From contig NC_058368.1 in assembly GCF_018350175.1 (NCBI RefSeq), positions 16,618,001 through 16,682,000 on the forward strand: a stretch of DNA of 64,000 bases, in the 5' to 3' direction. Origin of the DNA: Felis catus (lineage: Eukaryota). A program made the translations under genes and the position numbers. Positions within the stretch are counted from its first letter, which is position 1, and each line of letters starts with the position of its first letter. Shown piece by piece: positions 50,432 to 62,710 of the stretch. Below the pieces are notes generated by a model. It did no database searches. It was not told where the DNA came from and was given only the letters and a program-made list of their open reading frames with translations.

Positions 50432-50782
50432 TGTTATGCCCAGAATTCGTGATCCCCAAAGACCACTAGGGAGCCGAGTCCGATGCAAAAGCAAAGAGCC
50501 TTTATTCAGCTAGCTCGAGCTCAATCCCCTACCTGCACCGACGCAGCGGTGAGATACCAGGGAAAGAGAGCGAGTTTCAAAAGGACAAAGGTTTTATTGG
50601 GGCCTGGGGGCAGTTGGTGAGGTAATGGCTATGGCCTCAGCCGATTGGCTGGGGAAGGGTCCTGGGGAAGGGTCCAAGTCCTGTTAGGCAGGTGAGGGAG
50701 GGTTTACTCAAGGGGAGGAGGTGTGGTCAAGGTGAAGGACACAGAACAAGATGGAGTCGGCTGGCGTAGGCCCGCCCTTTCA
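50432..50782 (-). mobile_element. Young ERV1 (gammaretrovirus-like) solo LTR, 351 bp
   Basis: TG...CA termini (tgttat...tttca); 4-bp flanks gttt / attt; on minus strand CCAAT (about 50644), TATA-like (about 50593), AATAAA (50501-50506); duplicated ctggggaagggtcc; many CpGs; no PBS or internal sequence adjacent. Confidence 0.88.
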
Positions 50783-50962
50783 ATTTCATTTTTATTCTTT
50801 CTTTTCTTTTTTGTTGTTTATCAAGACTATCTAAGTTCAACTGATCTACTTTCAAGCTCATCGATTCCTTCTGCAACCTTCTCAAGTCTGTTACTGAGCA
50901 CTTCCAGTAAATTTTTCATTGCAGCTATTTCATTTTTGAACTCCAGGATTTCTATTTGTTCC

Positions 50963-51185
50963 TTTTTTTTAAAAAAAAATTAATGTTTATTTATTTTCGA
51001 GACAGAGGGAGACAGAGTGCAAGTCGGGGAGGGGCAGAGAGAGAGGGAGACACAGAATCTGAAACAGGCTCCAGGCTCTGAGCTGTCAGCACAGAGCCTG
51101 ATGCGGGGCTCGAACCCACGAGCCATGAGATCATGACCTCAGCCAAAGTCAGAGGCTCAAAACGACTGAGCCACCCAGGCACCCC
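50963..51185 (-). mobile_element. CAN-SINE (felid type)
   Basis: TSD tctatttgttccttttt on both sides. Confidence 0.94.
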
Positions 51186-51213
51186 TCTATTTGTTCCTTT
51201 TTAAAAAAGTAAG

Positions 51214-51766
51214 TATGATGGGAGAAGGTAGGATTCAGTGGGCAGAGAGGGAAAGATTAGGGCCTGAGATCCCGGGGTGGGGAAAAGCACCTATTTTGGA
51301 ACAATGCTGGGAGTGTTTGACCATAGCAAGCCCCCTCAGGCATAAGATTCCTCTTAAGAATGTAACAGACCCCACCTACTCCCTGTCTGGTTTCCCCTCA
51401 GGGATTTGTCAAAAGAGGTAAGTATGGGCATAGACCACTCCTCATACAATGGAAACGAGCCAATCAGGAATGGACAACCCAACACCTATCAAGCCAATAA
51501 GGGTAGAACCTGAGAAGGAACAAGGGGGAAGGAAAGGGGAAGGGCTGACCAGAACCTTATAAAACAAAGGCTCTTGCTTGTGGTCCATGGGGCATTCACT
51601 TTCCAATGTCCCCTCTCTGTAAAGAGAGCTTTCCTACTATTCTTCCTTTCTAATCCTATACTCTTATATAATGCCTGCTGCTCATTTTATTTTGTGTCTA
51701 CCTTTTCATTCTTCAGAGTGACCAGACAACGAGCCCCGGGTATTGGGGTTAAAAAACCCTGCAACA
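51214..51766 (+). mobile_element. ERV1-type solo LTR, about 550 bp
   Basis: Ends 'ccctgcaaca'; two CCAAT boxes (agccaatcagg, agccaataagg); TATA 'cttataaaa' near 51556; interrupts the L1; 5' boundary (51214 or 51216) and TSD imperfect. Confidence 0.82.
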
Positions 51767-53266
51767 TAATTTTTATGTTTTCTTTCTTTCTTTTCTTTTT
51801 TTTTTTTTTTCTCAGTTAGATACACTGATCTCCTGCTTTCCTTGAGTTCTTTAGACATGCTTTCCTTTAAGTCTTGGAACATATTTAAAATATCTTATTT
51901 AAAATATTTATTTAGTAAACCCAGTATCTGTGCTTCCTCTGATATGGTTTCTAGTGATTGTATGGGCTGTAATTTCTTTGTGTTTTTTTTGTTTTGTTTT
52001 GTTTTGGTTTTTTTGTTTGTTTGAAAATTGCAGTTTCTTATCATAATGTGGCAACTCTGGAAATCATATTCTCTCTCCTTCTCAGGGTTATCTGTTGCTG
52101 TTTGTTGTCATTGTTGCTGTTTGTACGTTCAGCAACTTTTCTCAACTAATTTTGTGAAGTCTTCCTTCTTTGTCTCCTGTGGCCACTGGAATCTCTTTTC
52201 ATTAGCTTAGTGGTCAGCTAATTATTGGATGGGGATACCCTGAAATGTCTGGAAAGAGAACATCCCTGTCTTTGCAGAGAAGCTCTATGTGGACCTTGGA
52301 GCACACTTCAAAACCCAGTCTGGCAGTTTACATCTCTGCCTTACCATTTCTTTTCTTCTGCTCTCCCCGAGTGTCTAGGTTAGCCAGAGGACGCTCAAGG
52401 CCTTCTCAGGTCTTTCCCGAGGCTATCTACAATCCTGCTCCTACGTGCATGGCCTTCTAGATTCCCAAGAATATGTCAAAGCTTTTCGAAATCCTTATTT
52501 CCCAAAGAATCTCATGCCTCCAGCCTTTCTTCCTAATCTTTTAAGTCAGTTCTTTGTTTCCCCCAACTGCTATCCATTGCTTCTGGCCACAGTGGCTACA
52601 ATATTTGTTGTTTTTTCTTTTTGGTAAATGACTCACCCCACCCATGTCCCATGGAAGCTTTAGCACAAGCAAGTTCTAAGGTACTATAAAGACAAGCTTT
52701 TCTAGCTGGCCTTCCTGGGAGTCATCAGACAGATGGACTAAGGACCGTTCTTTGCAAATAAGCCCATTCTGGTCACTTTAATCCTGGTAATGGGATGGTG
52801 AGCTATTATTTTCGAGGCTGCTGCTGAGCTGGGGGTCTGGGGCTGGAGCCTGGGTAAGTTAGAATGCCACACAGCTTGCTGTTCTTTCTGAGATCCAGCT
52901 GTTGTACTACAAACAGGTCCTGAGTTGTTGCAAGCTTTTGACACATTTCCAGAGTTCCAAAAAATAGACCTGTTTTACCAATTTATAAGTTTATAAATTT
53001 ACACTGCTTCATATTTTATACAAAATCTGATATTATCACTCTTCGATTTTAAACATTCTTGCTAATGTTTAGTAGAATTTCATTTAATTTGCAGATCCTT
53101 ATGGACAATTTGAATACCCATTTCTCTAGTTTTTTTTTTTTTTTTTCAAATATGTTGCCCATTTATCTATTGAACCGTCTTTTTAAAATGTTGATTTGTG
53201 AGATCCAATCACTAATTAGTTATATACAATCCAGGTATCTTCTCCCAACATTTTTGCATTTTTGGC

Positions 53267-53418
53267 CCTCTCCTTCTCCCCCCACCCCCTCTTCCTCCTC
53301 CTCCTCCTTCTTCTTCTTCTTCTTCTTCTTCTTCCTCTTCCTTTTCCTCTTCTTCTTCCTCTCTTCCCCCTCCTCCTCCTTGTCCTCCCCCTCCTCCTCC
53401 TCCTCCTTCATCTTCTTC
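53267..53418 (+). repeat. (CCT)n/(CTT)n pyrimidine low-complexity tract
   Basis: About 150 bp nearly pure C/T. Confidence 0.95.
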
Positions 53419-53574
53419 AATATCTTTTGATTAGCAGAAGAGAAGGTCTTACATTTATTGTAGCTAAATTTAACATTTTTTACCTTTGTGTTCATCTCTG
53501 TATTTTCTGTCTAAAGACTTTTTGCCCATCTTTCAAGATCATTGGAATATCATTTACGAGGAATTATTAAAACT

Positions 53575-54120
53575 AGTGCATATTCATTAATACAGTAATT
53601 CCACTTCTGAATACATATCCAAAATACATTATCCACAGTGTAAACTAGCGTTTATCGAAGTTCAACAGTTATTTTCATAAAAATATAAACAGTCCTGATA
53701 ATCTAGTAATGGTAGAATGCATAAAACCAAAATATTAAGCTATGGTGGACTACACACAGACAAATCTAAACAAACTACGACTACACTCACCAATATGAAC
53801 GAATCATAAAAACGTTTTTATTTAACCAAACATGTCAGATACAAACTGTACACAGTCTGTGAATCCAAATTATATAAAGTTGAAAAGAAGACAAAACCAT
53901 GTCGGCGGTTAGGATAAGCAAGAGAGTGATTAACTTTGTTGAGCGGAAACTTTGATTAGAAGATAAGTTGGTGTTTCTGTGCTGTTGGGATTGTTCTATT
54001 TCTTGACCTTGGTCATGGTTACATGTTTACATAGATGTATCCACTTAGTGGAAATGTAGCAAACCATTCACTTGTAACTTGTGTTTTAGTATGTATATTA
54101 AACTTCAGTAAATAATTTTA
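53575..54120 (+). mobile_element. Old L1 (L1ME-like) 3' end
   Basis: 'cagtaattccacttctgaatacatatccaaa...gttctatttcttgaccttggtcatggttaca...tatgtatattaaacttcagtaaa'. Confidence 0.8.
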
Positions 54121-54498
54121 ATTTAACTGGAGCTAATACTGCACAAAGACCATTAGACAAAATAGATGTTATAGATTAAAAGACAATTAAAATGTATACC
54201 ATAATTTCAGAAAATAATTATTTATTAACAAAGTGTTTTTTATCCATTTACTGAGAGTGACTAGTTGATCTTCCAGTCTGATTTTACTTGTGTGATCTTT
54301 GCCCTGGGAAATTATTTTATTCAACAGATTGGCTAGTTACTGATGCAGTGTCCCAAACAGTACCCTAAGAGGCTTCGTTGGGAAGGAAATTTTGGTAATA
54401 ACCACATACAAAATGAAAGGATACATTTTGTATAACCTACTCTAGAGTTGATGTCTTCTCCTCTACCTTTTATTTTTTACTTTTTTAAAATTGGGATA

Positions 54499-54688
54499 GG
54501 GGCGCCTGGGTGGCGCAGTCGGTTAAGCGTCCGACTTCAGCCAGGTCACGATCTCGCGGTCCGTGAGTTCGAGCCCCGCATCGGGCTCTGGGCTGATGGC
54601 TCAGAGCCTGGAGCCTGTTTCTGATTCTGTGTCTCCCTCTCTCTCTGCCCCTCCCCCGTTCATGCTCTGTCTCTCTCTGTTCCAAAAA

Positions 54689-54720
<32 letters not shown>
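54499..54720 (+). mobile_element. Young SINEC_Fc-type CAN-SINE with (AAAT)n tail
   Basis: TSD taaaattgggata at 54486-54498 and 54721-54733. Confidence 0.96.
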
Positions 54721-54723
<3 letters not shown>

Positions 54724-56169
54724 AATTGGGATATAATTGATATATAACATTGTATTAGTTTAGGTTTACAACATAATGATTCAATATTTGTCTAGCATTT
54801 TGCAAGCTGATTACCTACACTAAGTCGCGTTAATATCCATCACCATACACAGTTAACAAAACTTTTTTTCTTGTGATGAAAATTTTAAGATTTATTTTCT
54901 TAGCAACTTTTAAATATGCAATACAGTATTATTAACTATAGTCACCATGCTGTACATTTTGTCCCCATGACTTATTTATTTTATAATTAGAAGTTTGTAC
55001 CTTTTGACCCCCTTCATCCATTTTTCCTATTTTCGGCCAGCACTTTTGGTAACCACCAATCTATTCCCTGTATCTTGTTTTTTGTTTTGTTTTGTTTTTA
55101 GATTCCATATATAAGTGAGATCATATGGTATTTGTCTTTCTCTGTCTGACCTATTTCACTTAGCATAAAGCCCTCAGGGTCCATCCATACTATCACAAAT
55201 GGCAAGATTTCCATTTTTTTTTTTTTTTTTTTTTGGCTGAGCAATATTCCACTGTACTTATATATCACAATTTTTCTATCCATCCATCCATCCATTGATG
55301 ACACTTAGATTGTTTCCATATCTTGGCTATTATAAAATAATGCTGAAATGAACATGGGGTGTGTATATTTTTTTTCAAACTAATGTTTTTGTTTTCTTTG
55401 CATAGATACCCAGAAGTGAAATTGATGGATCGTATGGTCATTCTATTTTGACATTTTGAGAAAACTCCATACTTTTTTTTTCATAGTGGCTGCATCAATT
55501 TATATTCTTACCAATGATACACAGTTTCCTTTTTTCCATATCCTTGCCAACACTTGTTACCTCTTGCCTTTTTCATGATAGCCATTCTGAAAGGTATGCG
55601 GTGATATCTCATTGTGGTTTTGATTTGCATTTTCCTTATGATTAATGATGTTGAGCACCTTTTCATTTAGCCATTAGTCATCTGTATGTCTTCTTTGGAA
55701 ACTATCTGTTCAAATCCTCTTCTCATGGTTCAGTGAGAACATTTGTGATTTTTTTTGCTATTGAGTTGTAGGAGTTCCTTATATATTTTGAATATTGATC
55801 TCTTATCAGATACATAATTTATAAATTTTTTATCCCACTTGGTAGGTTGTTTTTTTAGTTTGTCCTCTGTTGAGCAGAAGCTTTTTCATTTGATGTAGTC
55901 CCACTGGTTTATTTTTACTTTTATTGCCTTTACGTTTGGTGTCAAATCCAAATAATCATCACCAAGAGTTTGTCAAAGAGATTACCGTTTATGTTTTCTT
56001 CTAGGAATTTTGTAGTTTCAGGTCTTACAGTCAAATCTTCAATCTGTTTTGAGTTTAATTTTATATAGGGTGTAAGGAAGGGGTCCAGTTTCATTCTTTT
56101 GCTTGTGGCTGTCCAATATTCCCAACATCATTAATTGAAGAAACTGTCCGTTACCCATTGCATATTCTT

Positions 56170-56394
56170 TTTTTTTTTTTAATTTTTTTTTCAACGTTTA
56201 TTTATTTTTGGGACAGAGAGAGACAGAGCATGAACGGGGGAGGGGCAGAGAGAGAGGGAGACACAGAATCGGAAACAGGCTCCAGGCTCCGAGCCATCAG
56301 CCCAGAGCCTGACGCGGGGCTCGAACTCATGGACCGCGAGATCGTGACCTGGCTGAAGTCGGACGCTCAACCGACTGCGCCACCCAGGCGCCCC
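56170..56394 (-). mobile_element. Young SINEC_Fc-type CAN-SINE
   Basis: Perfect TSD acccattgcatattctt at 56153-56169 and 56395-56411. Confidence 0.96.
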
Positions 56395-57510
56395 ACCCAT
56401 TGCATATTCTTGACTCCTTTGTCATAAATTAATTGAACACATATGAATGGATTTATTTCTGGGCTCTATATGTGTTCCATTGATCTATATGTCTGTTATG
56501 CCAATGCCCTACTGTTGGGGTTACCATAGCTTTGTACTATACTTTGAAATCAGGGGTTGTGCTGTTTCTAGCTTTGTTCTTTTTTTTTCAAGATTGTTTT
56601 GGCTCTTCAGGTCCTCTAACTTTTAAATCACCAGAGACTCAGGAATCTATTCTTTCTTCTTACCATATTAGTTCTGATATTTTGTAAGCCCTAATTTACA
56701 ACATACACAAAATTTCCTAAGACTTTGTGATTAATGTTCATGTTATTTATCCTAGGAGGTATTCACACAGTAACAAATTTTCTTGTCCTCCCTGTCTACT
56801 AAAAAAGCACCCATATTTTCATTTCACGAAGAGCTTAAAGCATTTTATATTATGTGTGTTTTAAATACTAAGAGTTTTGTCTCTGTTTCATGTGCATATT
56901 CGGTGGTCTGTGACTAAGCAGTTATAACAATACAACTGGGAAAAAGTTTATGATTAAAAGATGCTTGGAGACAGAAATATTTATATTTGTATTATTATAA
57001 TATATTAGGTATTAGGTACAAATAATCTGCAGGAGTATGTCAGCCAAGAACTTGTTGGGCAAAGCGTGTCTAGGAAACCAAGATTATGAAACTCTTGTAA
57101 AAAATGACTTCAGTCTGAGTTGGCTCTTTTCCCCTAAAAAAACCTTTTAAAACCCTCTTAGAGAGATAGTTGCAGGATCTGCTATGTTGATTTGGTCACT
57201 ATAACCTTAGCTAAGAAAAATTACAGTGAAGACCCCATATGTAGAATATAGATGGCAAGAATACATGGTTAAGTTGCCTATTTTTTGTTTTTAGAAACTG
57301 ATAGTAGGTGAATGATGCTAAATTTATCATTTTAAAAGATGTAAACTCTTTTTTAATAAATCATGCCTGATAGTTGGTATCTAATAAAATATCTTCCTTC
57401 TAATAAAGATAGAATTCCTGAAATGACTCAGTTTTGTTCTATCATGGCAAGATAAACAACTTATTTTGCCAAACAACTGAGTCCTTTAAAAATGTATGGG
57501 TTCTTCTTTT

Positions 57511-57739
57511 ATTTATATTTCGTATTTTTTTTGTTATTTTTTTAAATGTTTCATTTATTTTTGAGAGACAGAGAGCATAAGCAGAGAGGTGCAGAGAGAG
57601 AGAGAGAGGGAGTCAGAGGATCCAAAATAGGCTCTGCACTGACAGCAGAGAGCCCAAAGCGGGGCTCGAACTCATGAACCATGAGACCATGACCTGAGCT
57701 GAAGTTGGATGCCCAGCCCACTGAGCCACCCAGGTGCCC
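57511..57739 (-). mobile_element. CAN-SINE, older
   Basis: TSD gggttcttctttt at 57498-57510 and 57741-57753. Confidence 0.93.
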
Positions 57740-57753
57740 AGGGTTCTTCTTTT

Positions 57754-57973
57754 TTTTTTTAATTTTTTTTCAACGTTTATTTATTTTTGGGACAGAGAGA
57801 GACAGAGCATGAATGGGGGAGGGGCAGAGAGAGAGGGAGACACAGCATCGGAAACAGGCTCCAGGCTCCGAGCCATCAGCCCAGAGCCTGACGCGGGGCT
57901 CGAACTCACGGACCGCGAGATCGTGACCTGGCTGAAGTCGGACGCTTAACCGACTGCGCCCCCCAGGCGCTCC
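57754..57973 (-). mobile_element. Young SINEC_Fc-type CAN-SINE
   Basis: TSD ccagggttcttctttt at 57738-57753 and 57974-57989. Confidence 0.95.
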
Positions 57974-58649
57974 CCAGGGTTCTTCTTTTAAATTGCTCTA
58001 ACATTTACCAGAAAACAAATTGTGTTTGTTGAAGAGGTTTAATCATCAATTTGGAATGTGCAATATAAACATGTATAAAACGTGGATGGCTGAGTTTTTG
58101 GAAATAAGCACAAACATTATTACAAAATACCATAATAAAAGTTACTATCTGAGGTATACAAAAAAGCAATATGATGGAAGAACAAGAATAAACAATAAAT
58201 GCAGTTACTTTCCAGATATTCCCAAAGCATTAGTTTGGGTCAAATATATTCTCATTTTTCCACCTTATAAAATAACCTCTAATTTTGTTCTGTAAATAAT
58301 TGTACTTAGTTATTTTAGTTGTAATGAGTTAAACTGGTTAGATTTTCATCTTATTTTATCTTTGTTAATTCTTTAACCGTGGCTGAAAACTTGTCTTGAT
58401 AGAAGTAAAAGCAAGATTAAAAAAAAAAAGAGAGACAAGCCGAGCATTAATTGCAGTATGAGGTGTGACCTTATGAATAGGTTGCTAGATCCAGACATGG
58501 GAATGAGAGCATCGAATGAAAGAAAAAGAACAATTAAGTCAAACAAATTTACTGAACAACTGAAACAGTTCTAATTACCGTGCGTTCTATCAAAAAAGAA
58601 CAAAATACATGAACCCAAGTTGAATTGCATTCCGCTTGAATTGCTTTGG

Positions 58650-60285
58650 CAGGGACAGACCTTTAGTAGTTAACTCAGGTTGGGGTTCTGGACAGGTCAG
58701 CTGTGTCTATCTGTAGTAGTGAGGCTTTGTAGCTTTATTTTGGCTAGGCGACTTCCTGTGTTCTGAAGCTCGAGGGTGCCGCTGGCTGGGCTCCATGGTA
58801 GGGTTTGTCTGATAATTGGGCTATTTGGTCAAGCAAGGCCACTGCATGCACGTTGAGGTCAAGATGGTAGGGTGCTACTGACAGGGTGGATCTATTGGCC
58901 TGGCTCCGTTTTTTTTGTTTGTTTGTTTGTTTGTTTTAATGTTTCATTTATTTTTGAGAGAGAGAGGGAGACAGAGCATGAGCGGGGGAGGAACAGAGAG
59001 AGAGGGTGACACAGAATCTGAAGCAGGCTCCAGGCTCTGAGCTGTCAGCACAGAGCCTGACACGGGGGTTGAACCCAGGAACCCAGGAACCGTGAGATCA
59101 TGACCTGAGTGGAAGTTGGACGCTTAACCCACTGAGCCATCCAGGCGCCCCTCGGCTCTGCTTTTAAACAGAGCCACAGAGTGGGCTCCCTGATCAGGTG
59201 AAGCTGCTGGCTGTTCTTTGCAGGCAGGTGGGGCCACTAGCTACCTTCTGCAGTCGCCTGTGGTCTGGCAAGTTGACAGGCTGTGTTACCTGGCAGGGAG
59301 ATACCACTGGTTGCTCTCCATGATTCGTCAGGGCTATGGTCCAAGATCTACAGTCACACTTGTTTGAGTGGAGTCTCAGACTGTGCTCCCTAACCTAATG
59401 GTGCTACTGGCCAGATTCTCTGTTCTGGCTGGCTCCACAAAGGGTTTTACGATTGGATGGGACCTTAGGCTATGCTTTGTGGTTGGGTCGGGCTGCAAAC
59501 TATGCCCTGAAGTAAGGGCTGCAGCTGGGTTTCATGATCGGGTGGGCCCCTGGCTGTCCTCTGCTCTTGGGCAAGTTCATTGGCGGGCTTCCTGGTCAGG
59601 AGGGGGTTCCAGCTGTTATCCTACAGCTCCTGGGGCCAAAGGCCTTCTTCACAGTCGGGTGGCGTCCCTGTGCAGGGTCTGTTGTTGAGTCTGCAAGCTG
59701 TGCTCAGTGATGGGTAGGAGTAACTGGCTAGGCTTTCTGCTTGGGTGAGGCTGCAAGCCAAGTGTTCGATCATCCTGTGAGGTGGTAGGCTGGGTGTCCC
59801 TACTGTATAGGGTTGTAGGCTGGTATCCATGACTGCCAGAGTCACTGTCAGCTCTCTGGCTAAGTGAGGCCAGAGGCTGTTCTGACCAGTTGGTCATGGC
59901 CGCTGGATTTTCTCCCGGACCATGTGGGGCTATAAAATGTGTTCATTGGCTGCCTACATTCTCTGATCAGGTCTCCTGATCAGCTGGTGGGTGGGGTCTG
60001 CCCCAATGTGCTTCTGTGCTGAAGCAGGGCTAGAAACAGCCTCTGTGGCTACTATGGCCCATCGGCTGGGGACCTGAATCAGGAAGAACTGCCAGCTAAG
60101 CTCTTTGGCCAGTTGGAGCCACAGATTTGGATCTGCAGATGGTAGGGCCTCTGGCTGAGATCTGCTTGGGTGACGCTGCAATTGAGGCTATCGAATGAGC
60201 TATGCAGCTGCCCAGGTTCTCTGGACAGGCTTCCCGTTTGGACAGGACTAGAGGCTAAACTCAGCAGTCAGGCAGGACTTTAAAT
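58650..60285 (-). mobile_element. GC-richer, CpG-depleted block, probably an old L1 5' region with degenerate internal repeats
   Basis: Recurrent 'ctggctgggctcc...caggtggggcc' type units typical of antisense L1M 5' ends; family not resolved. Confidence 0.5.
58910..59151 (-). mobile_element. CAN-SINE (felid type)
   Basis: Full body, internal duplication gaacccag, (TTTG)n tail. Confidence 0.93.
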
Positions 60286-60734
60286 TTTCTTCCCTGCCTT
60301 GGCAGGGACCGATGAATTTAAAGCAGCCTTTATAACCATGCTCCATAAAGTAAAGGTAAACTCCATTCCAGTGATCAGAAAAAATAGAAATTTTGACAGG
60401 GAAAAAGAAACATGTGAAAGAAACAGAACTGAAGAAGCAATATTTGAAAAAAAAATCATTGGACTTTTAACAAAATGAAAATATGAGAAAACTAAGTCTG
60501 CTAATTTGAACATAGATCTACAGAAATTATGTATTCTGAAGAACAGAAAGAACAAGAAAGAAATGTCAGAGATTTATGCGATGATATTAAAATGTGTCAT
60601 ATTTGTATCATTGGAAGCCTAAAAGTGGAAGGGATAGAGATGTGTTCAAAAAAATCATTTGAGGAAATAATAACCGAAGCTTCTGAGAGTTGAAGCTCAG
60701 CAAATCCCAAATATGATGATATCAAAGAAAACCT

Positions 60735-60950
60735 GGCACGCCTGGGTGGCTCAGTCGGTTAAGTGTCTGACTTCAGCTCAGGTCATGATCTTACAGTTCC
60801 TGTGTTCAAGACCCACATAGGGCTCTTTGCTGTTGGAGCAAAGCCCCCTTGGGATCCTCTGTCTCCCTCTCTCTCTGCCCCTCCCCTGCTGTCATGTGTG
60901 TGCATGCTCTCTCTCTCTCAAGAATAAAAAATCATCAAAAGAAAAAAAAA
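60735..60950 (+). mobile_element. CAN-SINE
   Basis: Head 'cgcctgggtggctcagtcgg', (CT)n, A tail. Confidence 0.92.
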
Positions 60951-62372
60951 AAGAAAACATTGTCCAGGTACATCATGATCAACACTAATAACTTGAAAGC
61001 AGCCAGAAAAAATAAATGATGCCTTATGTATAGGAAAATGATCATTCCAAATAGACTGATATTAAGTGTGTACATTATAAACCCTAAAGCAGCCACCAAA
61101 AATAACACAAAGATAAAATGTTAAAAAAAAATCTAGTAGGTAAATTTAAAATGGAATACTAAAAATGTTCAAATAATGCAAAAGCACACATGACGAAGGA
61201 ACAATTTTTTTTTTTACAATAACAGAGGAGACAAGGATTTTAAAAATGTTAGAATTTAACAACTGTTAACAATTTAACAATATGAAGAATTTTATCTAAT
61301 GCCAGTGGCTTAAAAATACCAATGCAAAGACATAGGTTGTTGTATTTAGTACCAAGGAACTAACTACATGCTATACTTTAAATATGTAATATAGCTAGGA
61401 TAATCGTAAAAGTTTGTAAAGGATACAATATGCACACATTGATTAAAAGACAAGAAGAAAGACTATATTAATGAGAAAAAGCAGATTTTTACAACAAGTA
61501 CTATTTTGTAAGATAAAGAGGAATGTTACATAATGACAAGATAAGAAGCTATAACGATGCAAATATGTGTGCACTTAATAACAGAGCTTCCAAGTAAATG
61601 AAACAAAAAAATGATGGATTAGAAAGGAGAAATAGGCAAATTTGCAATTATAATTGGAGACTTCAACATTTATTTTCTGTAATTAATAGAACAAGTAGAT
61701 AGAAAATCAGCGAGGGTATAGAATTACTAAATGATGTTATTAAATTACATGGCACAATTAATATTTATAGAATTCCCCATCAGCAATAACAGAACACACA
61801 TTCTTTTCAAATGCACAAGGATAATTCTCTAAGATACTCTATTTTCTGGCCTAAAAACAAATTATCAAATGTAAAAGAATGGAAATCATTAAAAATATGT
61901 TCTCTAATTATAAAGGAATTAAACTATAATTGAACCCCTCCCCAAAAAGCTAGAAAGTCTTCAAATATTTGCAAATTTGAAAAACCCCCACATTTCTGTG
62001 ACATCCCTATTCAAAAGAAGAAATCACAAAAGAAAACAGAAAATGTTTTGAATTAAACAAATATGCAACTCATAAACATTTGTGGAATGCTGCTAAAGTA
62101 GTGGAAAAAAGTAACAGAGGGCAAAAATGTAGAGGCAGAGAAAAGTATTAGTATTAGTAGTAAAGTTTAAAGCACTACATGTTTATATTGGAAAAGAAGA
62201 AAAACCTCAAAATAATCTAAGCTTCTACCTTAAGACACTAGAAATAGAAAAGCAAATTAAATATGCAGCAAGTAAGAGGAAGCTGAAATCCACGAAGTTG
62301 AAAACACAAAAGTAATGAATAAAATTGAAATTGAGGAAGTCAAGATTATTCTTTGGATAGACTAATAAAGGT

Positions 62373-62570
62373 TTTGTTTTGTTTTTAATGTTTATTTTTG
62401 AGAGAGAGAGACTACAAGCCAGGGAGGGGCAGAGAGAGAGGGGGACAGAGAATCTGAAGCAGGCTCTGTGTTGACAGTAGAGAGCCCTATGTGGGGCTCG
62501 AACTCATGAACCGCGATATCACAACCTGAGCTGAAGTCAGACGCTAACCATCTGAGGCACCCAGGCGCCG
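62373..62570 (-). mobile_element. CAN-SINE
   Basis: Full body ending 'cacccaggcgcc'. Confidence 0.92.
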
Positions 62571-62575
62571 CAAAA

Positions 62576-62710
62576 TTTGTTTTTTTTAGTTTGACAAGTC
62601 TGTATGTTAAGCTATGCTCACAAGTGTAGCTACCACTTGTCACCTTATAAGACTATTACAATATCACTGACTATATTGCCTATGCTGTATCTTTCATCCC
62701 CATGACTTAT
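62576..62710 (-). mobile_element. Short carnivore-type L1 3' UTR fragment inserted antisense in the older L1
   Basis: 'caagtgtagctaccac...ctatattgcctatgctgtatctttcatccccatgacttatt' resembles 54935-54980 of this window. Confidence 0.7.

Larger units (their letters stand above)
48890..52970 (-). mobile_element. Old L1 (ORF1/5' region), fragmented by later insertions
   Basis: T-rich antisense ORF1-type motifs 'ctgccttcaagattctt', 'ttgagcttctgggaagtgtcgattaac', 'cagccattacttcttcaagtatt', 'ccagtaaatttttcatt'. Confidence 0.75.
54468..56612 (-). mobile_element. L1 3' portion (L1MA9/carnivore-type; ORF2 C-terminal region and 3' UTR), decayed
   Basis: Poly-T tail at about 54468-54486, then 'gattccatatataagtgagatcatatggtatttgtctttctctgtctgac' and 'ggtgatatctcattgtggttttgatttgcattt'; carries two SINE insertions. 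Confidence 0.92.
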
